A stretch of DNA of 64,000 nucleotides from Hydrurus foetidus (Eukaryota), in the NCBI GenBank assembly GCA_900617105.1, contig UYFQ01000010.1:62001-126000 (forward strand). The letters are read 5' to 3'. Positions 1-7,524 of the stretch are shown here, one piece after another. Both the position numbers and the translations under genes were made by a program. Numbering within the stretch: position 1 is the first letter of the stretch; each line of letters begins with the position of its first letter. The notes under the pieces are model-generated. The model was not told where the DNA came from, ran no database searches, and saw nothing but the letters and a program-made list of their open reading frames with translations.

Positions 1-992
1 CACGCACGCTCGACATCGGAAAGGTGACCGAGGCTGGCTCCATCGGTGTGCTGGTGGTGCACCAGGAGAACAGCAAGATGCTTGAGGACATTGGCATCAA
101 GACCACTGTTGTGCGCTCCGGCAAATACAAGGCCCTGGGAACTTCCGTGGAACCCCTGGGTGAGCTTGGCCAGGCTGTTCTTCAAGGCCAGGTGAACAAG
201 CTGAGCAGCATGTTCGACGAGCACGTAGCCCAGGCGCGCGGCACCACCGCGGCGGCCGTGTCCGAGAAGATGGGACAGGGTCGGGTGTTCATTGGGCAGG
301 ACGCGGTGGACGTGGGCCTTGTGGATTCCGTCATGAATTTCGACAGCTTTATGTCAAAGGTGCAGGGGGGGATTGACTCTCAAAAGTCGCAGTCCAAGTA
401 TGGCGCCAATTCTCCGAAAGGGACCCAATTGAAAACCGCACTGACCGAACAAGAAATCGCCGCGCTGGCCGCCGGGGGCGTACAGCCCACCGCCGAGCAG
501 GTTGCTGCCGCAACTGCGGAGGCCGAAGTTAAGCGCGTAGCTGACGAAGCCTCTGCGGTCGAAGCCAAACGTGTTGCAGATGCTGCTGCGTCTCAGCCTA
601 CCGAAGTTGTCGCCATGTTGCAGACGCAGCTGGCTACCGCGCAAGCCCAAGTGGTGACGCTGAGCGTGGACCTGGGGGCCGCCAAGGCTGCCTCGACTGC
701 TGCTTCTGCATCTGCCGAAAAGTTGCGCCCCATCGTGCGCGCAGCGGTCGGCAATCTGCGTGTGGCCCTGGGTAACACCAGCGCCGGTGTGGATGCCCTG
801 GCTGACGACGCCCTGATGGCTGAGCACGCCAACCTGGCTGCCCAGTTCGCAACCAAGTTCAAGTCCGGTGGCGTTGCTGCTGTGTCTTCTTCTGCTGAGT
901 CTGATAGCTCGGCGGATGTCGTGAGCGAAGCCGGGCGGCAAAACCGCCTTGCAGTGATTCGCCAAGGCAGCAAGTCCAAAACCGCCAAATAA
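1..992 (+). CDS. S49-family prohead protease with C-terminal scaffold region (5' truncated by window edge)
   Basis: Frame is open from the window edge. S49 motifs AGSIGV, SGKYK and GRVFIGQDAVDVGLVD; Ala-rich helical C-terminal half; lies upstream of the capsid genes. Confidence 0.85.
   Translation, partial: RTLDIGKVTEAGSIGVLVVHQENSKMLEDIGIKTTVVRSGKYKALGTSVEPLGELGQAVLQGQVNKLSSMFDEHVAQARGTTAAAVSEKMGQGRVFIGQDAVDVGLVDSVMNFDSFMSKVQGGIDSQKSQSKYGANSPKGTQLKTALTEQEIAALAAGGVQPTAEQVAAATAEAEVKRVADEASAVEAKRVADAAASQPTEVVAMLQTQLATAQAQVVTLSVDLGAAKAASTAASASAEKLRPIVRAAVGNLRVALGNTSAGVDALADDALMAEHANLAAQFATKFKSGGVAAVSSSAESDSSADVVSEAGRQNRLAVIRQGSKSKTAK
369..401 (+). promoter_or_regulatory. Phage promoter-like motif, copy 1 (inside protease gene)
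   Basis: GGGA-TTGACT-N17-AAGTAT, matching three intergenic copies. Confidence 0.6.
429..992 (+). CDS. Putative nested scaffolding protein (in-frame internal TTG start)
   Basis: GAAAGGGA SD-like sequence at 416-423, then an in-frame TTG at 429, just after the promoter motif; analogous to lambda Nu3 inside gene C. Confidence 0.55.
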   Translation: MKTALTEQEIAALAAGGVQPTAEQVAAATAEAEVKRVADEASAVEAKRVADAAASQPTEVVAMLQTQLATAQAQVVTLSVDLGAAKAASTAASASAEKLRPIVRAAVGNLRVALGNTSAGVDALADDALMAEHANLAAQFATKFKSGGVAAVSSSAESDSSADVVSEAGRQNRLAVIRQGSKSKTAK

Positions 993-1004
993 GGAGCAAA
1001 CACC

Positions 1005-1493
1005 ATGGCAAAGTTTCAAGCAAACGTTCTTCTGAACCCCTATCAGCCGAACCGGACTTTCCGCGTGTCGGACAGTTTGACCGCAGGCGTGTCCGCCTCT
1101 TGGTTGGACAAGGTTGACGCCGGCAAGCTGGTGAAGCTGACCGGTGACAGCCAGTACGGTCTGTGCGCAGTGGGTGACCAGATCGAAGGCTACCTGTCGA
1201 CAGCCAACGACGTGGCGCCCAACGACGGCTTCGCCCTGGGATCAGTGCAGGTTCAAGACCGCTTCAAGGTGACTCTGGACGGCCTGCAGGCTACTCCCGG
1301 CGTCGGCACCGTGGCAATCGGCGACTACGTGGTTGCTGGCACTGTGACTGCTCGTGGCACTGTCCTGCCAGGTCCTGTGAAGGTCTGCAAGGCTACTGCT
1401 GCAGCCAACACCCTGCTGTTCCGCTGGCGCGTCGTCTCCCTCCTGTCGGGTAACGGCGCTGTGGGCTCCATCGCGGTCGTCGAATTCGTCTAA
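1005..1493 (+). CDS. Putative head decoration / capsid cement protein
   Basis: Strong AAGGAG RBS; beta-rich 162 aa protein between protease and major capsid gene. Confidence 0.6.
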   Translation: MAKFQANVLLNPYQPNRTFRVSDSLTAGVSASWLDKVDAGKLVKLTGDSQYGLCAVGDQIEGYLSTANDVAPNDGFALGSVQVQDRFKVTLDGLQATPGVGTVAIGDYVVAGTVTARGTVLPGPVKVCKATAAANTLLFRWRVVSLLSGNGAVGSIAVVEFV

Positions 1494-1532
1494 CCGTCCC
1501 CTCAACCTCAGCCTAAAAGAAAAACAAAAATC

Positions 1533-2714
1533 ATGGCACAAGAACTCGTAGTTATCGACGCCAAGGGCGACAAGAACGCTGTTGACCTGAGCGTGGGCAT
1601 GTACAAGGAAGCTGCTGACGCTGGCCTCAGCCTGCGTCAGCACCTGGCGGTGGCCTACCCCACCAACGCTGACAAATTCGGCTCTGCTTACGAGCAGCTG
1701 TTGGAGCAGTGCGGCGTGTTCGTCAAGGGCAACAAGGACGCCGGCATCAAGGGCTCCACGATGGCAGACATGCTGGCGCCCAAAGAGGGTGCAGGCACGG
1801 CCATCACCCGTGAAGGCATCCCAGCGTCTCGTATCCTGTTCCCTGCAGTGATCCTGCAGGTGATCGAGGACAAGCTGCAGGTGGATTACTCCACCAACCC
1901 CAACGCCTTGTCCAGCATGATCGCTGTGGAAGACAACATCGAAGGCGACCGCTGGGAACGCCCGGTGTTGAACTTCACCAACCCAGAAGCTGCCCGCGGC
2001 GCTGGCGTGTCTCAGCTGTCGCTGCCCAACAGCATGCTGACGATCACCGCATCCGACAAGAGCATGCGCGTTCCGTCCTGGGCCATCGGTCTGGAGATCT
2101 CCGAGCAGGCTCTGAAGTCCACCACCCTGGACTTGGTTGGTCTGGCTGTGGCCCGTCAAGCGGCTGTGGAAGCCAACGAGCGCGCCAACGGCTACATCCT
2201 GTCTCTGTTGAACGGTGACATCGACACCAGCATGGCCGCCCTGAGCACCTTCGCTGGCAAGGTCGTGACTGCGGTCTCCCTGGACAGTGCAGCAACCTCT
2301 GGGCTGACTCAGAAGGCCTGGCTGGGCTGGCTGACTACCCGCGCCAACAAGCGCACGATTACCCACATCGTTACCGACTTGGCCGGCGCCCTGGCGATTG
2401 AAGGTCGTGCGGGTAAACCCATCGTCACTACCGACAACCCAACCAGCCAGCGCATTGACACCGTCTTCGAGGTGATCAACCCCACTTGGCAGACGAACGT
2501 CAAGATCTTCTTGTCGAATGACACCAACTGGCCTGCCAAGACCATCATGGGTATCGACGGCCGCTACGGCATCCACCGTGTGAACTCCTTGTCTGCGCAG
2601 TACAGCGCCATTGAGCAGTTCGTGCTCAAGCGCTCCACCGCGATGCGTATTGACAAGGGCGAATTGGTCTACCGTCTCTTCGACGAGGCCTTTGAAGTTA
2701 TGACCTACGCGTAA
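1533..2714 (+). CDS. Major capsid protein
   Basis: 393 aa, position in head module, strongly biased codon usage, followed by a hairpin. Confidence 0.75.
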   Translation: MAQELVVIDAKGDKNAVDLSVGMYKEAADAGLSLRQHLAVAYPTNADKFGSAYEQLLEQCGVFVKGNKDAGIKGSTMADMLAPKEGAGTAITREGIPASRILFPAVILQVIEDKLQVDYSTNPNALSSMIAVEDNIEGDRWERPVLNFTNPEAARGAGVSQLSLPNSMLTITASDKSMRVPSWAIGLEISEQALKSTTLDLVGLAVARQAAVEANERANGYILSLLNGDIDTSMAALSTFAGKVVTAVSLDSAATSGLTQKAWLGWLTTRANKRTITHIVTDLAGALAIEGRAGKPIVTTDNPTSQRIDTVFEVINPTWQTNVKIFLSNDTNWPAKTIMGIDGRYGIHRVNSLSAQYSAIEQFVLKRSTAMRIDKGELVYRLFDEAFEVMTYA

Positions 2715-2735
2715 TTGCGCAGGTTGAGCAGAGTC

Positions 2736-2764
2736 GGGGCGGACACGTGAAAGCGGCCCGCCCC
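2736..2764 (+). terminator. Stem-loop after capsid gene (weak terminator or stabiliser)
   Basis: GGGGCGG...GAAA...CCGCCCC followed by ATTT. Confidence 0.45.
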
Positions 2765-2789
2765 ATTTCAATGTCAAAGCGAGATCACC

Positions 2790-3095
2790 ATGGCAACCAA
2801 CAATAACAACACACTCTCCCTGAACAAAAACTCCAATGCTGGCTCCGTAGCCAATGAGGCAGAGGCCGCCGATGCCGCTGCAGCAGCTGCAGTCGCCGCT
2901 CAGGCTACCGCCGAAGCTGCGGTTGCCGATGAGCCCGTGGCATCCCTGCGCAAGGCCCTGATCAGCGTTGCCGAGCGCACCATGGTCCACCTGTTCACCA
3001 GCCAAGTCGTCAACCAGACGCCCAGCCTGATGGAAATTGACCAATTTGCCCAAACCCAGCTTGACGCTGGTAAGTGGGTCGAAACCAAACTGTGA
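2790..3095 (+). CDS. Phage hypothetical protein (Ala-rich)
   Basis: ORF in head-neck module with phage-like codon usage. Confidence 0.7.
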   Translation: MATNNNNTLSLNKNSNAGSVANEAEAADAAAAAAVAAQATAEAAVADEPVASLRKALISVAERTMVHLFTSQVVNQTPSLMEIDQFAQTQLDAGKWVETKL

Positions 3096-3115
3096 TCTCG
3101 TGAGGGGCTTTCCGC

Positions 3116-3619
3116 ATGTCTTTGACCACCTACTGCGAATTTGACGAAGTACGTTCGGCCCTCGGGGTGAACGCGATTGAGTTGAAGGATACGGTGCTTG
3201 CTCTTCCCGTTTACGAGATGGGCTTGGTTCGTGAGCTGAATAAGCTCTCTACGTCATTGAATGCGGCTTTTTCCGTTGTACACGCCAAGGTCTCCGCAGA
3301 CCGTAGCACCAACGAGGCCGCGTTCCACGACGCCGTGCGCATGTTCTCCGTCTACGCGGTGGCCAAGCAGGTCAGCGTGTCACTGCCGCTCATGGCGCCA
3401 AAGGACGTGGGGGACGGCAAGGCCACGGTATCCCGTTTTGCTGGCACCCCGTTTGAATCGGTGATGACCAACGTGGACGAATACTACGCGGCGCTGAGGG
3501 CGGACCTGAGGCTTGCCTACGAGACGCTGTCCAGCACCTCGGCAGCCAGTGGGGCCTCTGCAGTTCCCACGGTAGTGCTGACGGCCTCCAAGCGCACCTA
3601 CGACCCAGTCACGGGGTAA
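3116..3619 (+). CDS. Putative head-tail adaptor
   Basis: Synteny; helical 167 aa protein; GAGGGG RBS. Confidence 0.55.
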   Translation: MSLTTYCEFDEVRSALGVNAIELKDTVLALPVYEMGLVRELNKLSTSLNAAFSVVHAKVSADRSTNEAAFHDAVRMFSVYAVAKQVSVSLPLMAPKDVGDGKATVSRFAGTPFESVMTNVDEYYAALRADLRLAYETLSSTSAASGASAVPTVVLTASKRTYDPVTG

Positions 3620-3622
3620 GCG

Positions 3623-4450
3623 ATGCTGACGCTTGCCGACGCATCCAGCTATTTCGACCACACGGAGGTGCGGGACCCTACGACGGGCGCCGTGCTGTTT
3701 CTGGGCCAGATTGACCCATTCGACGATAGCAAGCGCGACTCCGCGACGGCGTATCGCCGCGTGCTGTCAGTGAAGCCAGGAACGGCCATGCCTGCAAGCC
3801 GCACCGTGCGCATTTTTGGCGCGGTGTGGCTGGTCGGCGGCAAAGAGGTCGACGGGCTTGACGAGGCCCACCGCGACAAGTATGTCCTGCACCCGGCCAG
3901 CGAGCTGTTCAACGTCTCCACGTTGACAGAGTACCTGGCCGGCACCTATTCGGCGCAGGCCTGGGGGGACCTGGAGTGGGTGAAGGACGGGCGCGAGGGG
4001 GAGGTGAGCTCTCGGCCGGTCCCGCTGTACAACCTGTACCTGCCAACGTCAGTGACCCTGGCAGAGCGCACGGTCATCTGGGGCAGAAGCCAACTGCTTG
4101 CCTCTGCAATCCTGCCCACGCCATCAGGGTTGCAGGTGGCGACAGGGGAACTCCTCGCGGTCCCGGTAGCCACCGCGTCGATCTCCACCAGCGTGTATGA
4201 CCCCGTGCAGGGTGTCTACGCAGGTGGCACTGTTGCCAGCGTGCCCTGCCTGAGGGTGAGGTGGCAGGCGCTCTACGAGTACGGCTCGCAGGCCGACGTC
4301 AAGTACCAAGAGGGTGATGCCAACTTCGTGGTGCCAACTGGAACTACCGTGACCACATCAAGCGTACTCACACTGGCTGCCGTGGCGTGGCGGGTGATGT
4401 CTGTGGAGACGCAGGCCGGGGTAGTCCTGATCCACGGGAGGCTGAGGTAA
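3623..4450 (+). CDS. Putative neck / head-closure protein
   Basis: Synteny; two beta-rich halves each ending W-x-V, like head-closure beta barrels. Confidence 0.5.
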   Translation: MLTLADASSYFDHTEVRDPTTGAVLFLGQIDPFDDSKRDSATAYRRVLSVKPGTAMPASRTVRIFGAVWLVGGKEVDGLDEAHRDKYVLHPASELFNVSTLTEYLAGTYSAQAWGDLEWVKDGREGEVSSRPVPLYNLYLPTSVTLAERTVIWGRSQLLASAILPTPSGLQVATGELLAVPVATASISTSVYDPVQGVYAGGTVASVPCLRVRWQALYEYGSQADVKYQEGDANFVVPTGTTVTTSSVLTLAAVAWRVMSVETQAGVVLIHGRLR

Positions 4451-5010
4451 TGGAGGGCGTCGTGGGCGTCATCGACCAGGTCGAGGTCTGGTTTCAGCAG
4501 GCGGAGAAGATAACCGTGAAGCGACTGCGCAAGCACGTTGAGTCGATCTTCATGTCGATCCTGATGACCACGCCCCAGGGCTCGGGCAAGGCCGTGGCCA
4601 ACTGGAAGCTCGGCATCAACGCGCCTGACATGACCCATGAGGACGATGTGGGGGATGCCCCGGAGATCCATGAGCGCAAGGACGGCAGCGGAAGTTATGC
4701 AGCGTGGGCGCACCGCCACACAGGAGACTGGAAGTGGGTGGAGTATGCGTGGCTTGAGCAGAAGTACAAGATAGCAAAGATCAGGGTGGGAGACACCGTG
4801 TTCTTCACCAACAACGTGCAGGGCGACACCGACCGTGGGGCGTCGGACACCAATTACCTTGCGTCCCTGCAGGACCCCGCGTACTGGACGGAGAAGCTGC
4901 GCGCGGTCAACCAGCCCTACGTGACTCCGGCCGAGGTGATGCTGATCCACCAGGAGGGCTGGGACACCTATGCCGACTTCGGCGGCACCTACATTGAGGA
5001 GTTCTTGTGA
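4450..5010 (+). CDS. Putative tail completion (HK97 gp10-like) protein
   Basis: ATG overlaps the upstream stop (TAATG) after GAGG; motif TPQGSGKAVANW resembles TPVDTG-x3-W. Confidence 0.6.
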   Translation: MEGVVGVIDQVEVWFQQAEKITVKRLRKHVESIFMSILMTTPQGSGKAVANWKLGINAPDMTHEDDVGDAPEIHERKDGSGSYAAWAHRHTGDWKWVEYAWLEQKYKIAKIRVGDTVFFTNNVQGDTDRGASDTNYLASLQDPAYWTEKLRAVNQPYVTPAEVMLIHQEGWDTYADFGGTYIEEFL

Positions 5011-5408
5011 GCACCGAAACTTTCCGCGCTGCGGTCAACGCTGAGCTGGTGGCCTGGCAGGCTGCAGGCTTCCCTACGCTACCCCTGATCTTCGAGAACG
5101 GGCCAGCACCCGACGAGGACAAGATCGGCCGGATATGGCTTGACGCAGAGATCCGCTGGTACGGCGGCATGATCGTGTCGGTCGGGTCCAAGCCCCTCAC
5201 CCGCGACACCGGCGCGCTGTCGTTTATGTGCTACTACAAGGACGGGGAGGGGACAAAGCAGTCTGACCAGATCGTCGACTCCTTGGCCGACCGCTTCGAG
5301 GCCAGGCGCCTTGGCGGCGCCTTCCTGAAGGCCAAGCAGCGCACCGTGCCCACGCATTTACGCGGCTGGTACAAGACCGGAATCCTGGTTCCTTTCACGC
5401 TGGATTGA
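5007..5408 (+). CDS. Putative tail terminator protein
   Basis: 133 aa directly upstream of tail tube; FEN, G-x-G and final VPF pattern typical of these proteins. Confidence 0.65.
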   Translation: MSTETFRAAVNAELVAWQAAGFPTLPLIFENGPAPDEDKIGRIWLDAEIRWYGGMIVSVGSKPLTRDTGALSFMCYYKDGEGTKQSDQIVDSLADRFEARRLGGAFLKAKQRTVPTHLRGWYKTGILVPFTLD

Positions 5409-5411
5409 GGG

Positions 5412-5444
5412 GGGATTTACTTTAGCCAATCGCTACCCCAGTCT
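5412..5444 (+). promoter_or_regulatory. Phage promoter-like motif, copy 2 (upstream of tail tube)
   Basis: GGGA-TTTACT-N17-CAGTCT in intergenic DNA. Confidence 0.7.
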
Positions 5445-5478
5445 GCGCTGCATCTAAGGCCACTTCCGGGGGATTCCC

Positions 5479-6705
5479 ATGACATTCGCATCCAGCGCCT
5501 TCGGGCAACTACGCTACATGGCCGAGGCCACCCGCGGAGTTACCCCGGCCACCGGCAACGGCACCAACCTGCGCATGACCAGCCCGTCCATGAAGGCTGC
5601 GATCTCAACGGTGAAGTCTGCAGAAACCCGCGCTGACCGCCTGTCCAGTGGCTCCACCCGCGTGGATCTGAACGTCGACGGCGGATTCAACTTTGAGTTG
5701 AGTGGCAAGGAGTACGACCCCTTCCTGGCCAACCTGTTGGGTCAGGCTGCTTTCACGCACTACGGTACTCTCGGCCTGGGCACCACCTTTGCCCTGGCTA
5801 CGACTGGCACCACCCTCACTGCGGCGGCCGCCCCAACCACTACATCTGCATTTACCACCCTGGCCGACAAGTCGTGGTTCAAGGTGATCCCACCCGTGGG
5901 CGCTTCACAGGCCATCAAAGACTACTTTGCCGACCGCTGGTTCAAGACCTCCGGCGTGCCGTCCGCAACCGTGATCACCCTTGATGCCAGTACCCCGATC
6001 ACCGGCGTGGGCCTGATCTCCAGCACCGCTGGCTACTCCATCACCCAGTCGTCCATTGTCAACGGCAGCACGTTCAACAGCTTTACGCTTGAATACGCCA
6101 TGACGGACATCAGCCAGTTCCTGGCTTTCACTGGTATGCAGACCACCAGCATGGAGCTGAGCCTGGAGGTGGGCTCCATCGTGAAGGGCTCCTTTGGCTG
6201 CATCGGCCAAGGCCACACGATCACTGCCGCCACAACCTTGCCAGGCAGCCCCATTGCGTCGCAGACCCTGGACGTGATGAACAGCGTGGCCGACGTGGGC
6301 GCGATCTACGAGGCCGGAACCAACGTGCTTGGCGCCAACTCGTTCATCAAGTCGCTCAAGATGAGCGTGAACAACAACGCCCGGGGCCAGAAGGCAATCG
6401 GTGTGTTTGGCAACGCTGGTGTGGGCCTTGGCGAACTTGCTCTGGGTGGCACCTTGGAGGTGTACATGGCTGACGCGGCCTACTACTCCAAGTGGTTGAA
6501 CGGCGTGAACACCAGCCTGTCCGTGGGCATGGCCGACTCCCTGGGCAACGGCTACTTGATTGACTTCGACAAGGTGACCTTCAAGGACGGTGGTTTGAAC
6601 GCTGGCTCGGGCCAGTCGGACTCCATGCTGAGCCTTCCCTTCGACGCGTTTTACAACGCAGGCACCAACCGGGGTATTCGCATTACCCGCGCAGTGTCCG
6701 CGTAA
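5479..6705 (+). CDS. Major tail tube protein
   Basis: N-terminal QLRYMAEATRGVTP...LRMT, GGFNFELS, SFTLE and LGGTLEVY motifs; precedes chaperones and tape measure. Confidence 0.85.
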   Translation: MTFASSAFGQLRYMAEATRGVTPATGNGTNLRMTSPSMKAAISTVKSAETRADRLSSGSTRVDLNVDGGFNFELSGKEYDPFLANLLGQAAFTHYGTLGLGTTFALATTGTTLTAAAAPTTTSAFTTLADKSWFKVIPPVGASQAIKDYFADRWFKTSGVPSATVITLDASTPITGVGLISSTAGYSITQSSIVNGSTFNSFTLEYAMTDISQFLAFTGMQTTSMELSLEVGSIVKGSFGCIGQGHTITAATTLPGSPIASQTLDVMNSVADVGAIYEAGTNVLGANSFIKSLKMSVNNNARGQKAIGVFGNAGVGLGELALGGTLEVYMADAAYYSKWLNGVNTSLSVGMADSLGNGYLIDFDKVTFKDGGLNAGSGQSDSMLSLPFDAFYNAGTNRGIRITRAVSA

Positions 6706-6713
6706 TGAATCTG

Positions 6714-6735
6714 GAGGGGGCCCACGGGCCCCCTC
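6714..6735 (+). other. Perfect GC-rich inverted repeat after tail tube gene
   Basis: GAGGGGGCCC-AC-GGGCCCCCTC. Confidence 0.7.
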
Positions 6736-6790
6736 GGATAAGCGGGCCCGTTAGAGGCCCTTTCACCCCTCTGAAAACAAGAAGCCAAAA

Positions 6791-7186
6791 ATGGACATTT
6801 TCTACGCCTACGCCACCGACCCCGTTGCCGAGTCTTCGGGCCGCACGTTCCCCCTGTCTAAGGACTCTGAGATCAAGGTTGCCCGCACCGGTAACCCTGC
6901 GTACCTGAAAGCGCTGCGCCAGCGCATGCAGGACTCCCAGATCGACACTGAAGACACCAGTGAGGCCAACGAGGCCCTGGTGACCAAGTTGATCAACGAA
7001 ACCCTCTCTGAGACGATCCTGCTGGGCTGGAAGGGTCTCAAGTTCAAGGGCGAAGACTTGCCATACAGCCGCGAAGCTGCGCTCAAGCTGCTGGCCCTGC
7101 CGGACTTCCGCAAGCGGGTCACGGTCATCGCTGACAACTACCAGTCGTTCCTCGTCAAAGAGGAAGTCGCACAGGGAAACGCCTAG
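6791..7186 (+). CDS. Tail assembly chaperone (gpG-like)
   Basis: Between tube and tape measure; ILLGWKGL...PYS motif; ends in the G-GGA-AAC slippery heptamer. Confidence 0.85.
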   Translation: MDIFYAYATDPVAESSGRTFPLSKDSEIKVARTGNPAYLKALRQRMQDSQIDTEDTSEANEALVTKLINETLSETILLGWKGLKFKGEDLPYSREAALKLLALPDFRKRVTVIADNYQSFLVKEEVAQGNA

Positions 7187-7524
7187 CAGGACTCCTTGTC
7201 TGGCAGCTCCTTTGGGGCTCGTCAGTCAAGGCGTTCGCGGCGCGGTACAAGGCCACGGGCGTCATGCCCAAGGCCCTGCGGGATAGACCAAAGCTGACCC
7301 CAAAGGACGTTCCGTACTGGAGCGCCTTTTGGGCACTTGACCAGACCCGGCAAGTCACCGCTGCGGGCCTGCAGGCGATCACCCACGCGGAGATCGTCCA
7401 CTACCTCTTCTTGGAGGGGATTGCTTCTGCGGAGTCCAAGTCCAAGTATCGCCGGTTGGTTCAGAAACTCGACCAGATCTATCTCAACATGAAAGCTGAG
7501 AAGGCGGCCCAGGCATCTAAATGA
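7174..7524 (+). CDS. gpT-like extension expressed by -1 frameshift (GT fusion 6791-7524)
   Basis: GGGAAAC at 7174-7180; the -1 frame is open from 7174 through ATG 7264 to the stop at 7524. Confidence 0.8.
   Translation, partial: GKRLAGLLVWQLLWGSSVKAFAARYKATGVMPKALRDRPKLTPKDVPYWSAFWALDQTRQVTAAGLQAITHAEIVHYLFLEGIASAESKSKYRRLVQKLDQIYLNMKAEKAAQASK

Noticed and set aside
1242..3053. 603-aa minus-strand ORF and similar long antisense ORFs (12963-14330, 53349-55253, 61309-62859)
   Set aside because: Antisense shadows of well-supported GC-rich genes, with no recognisable motifs.
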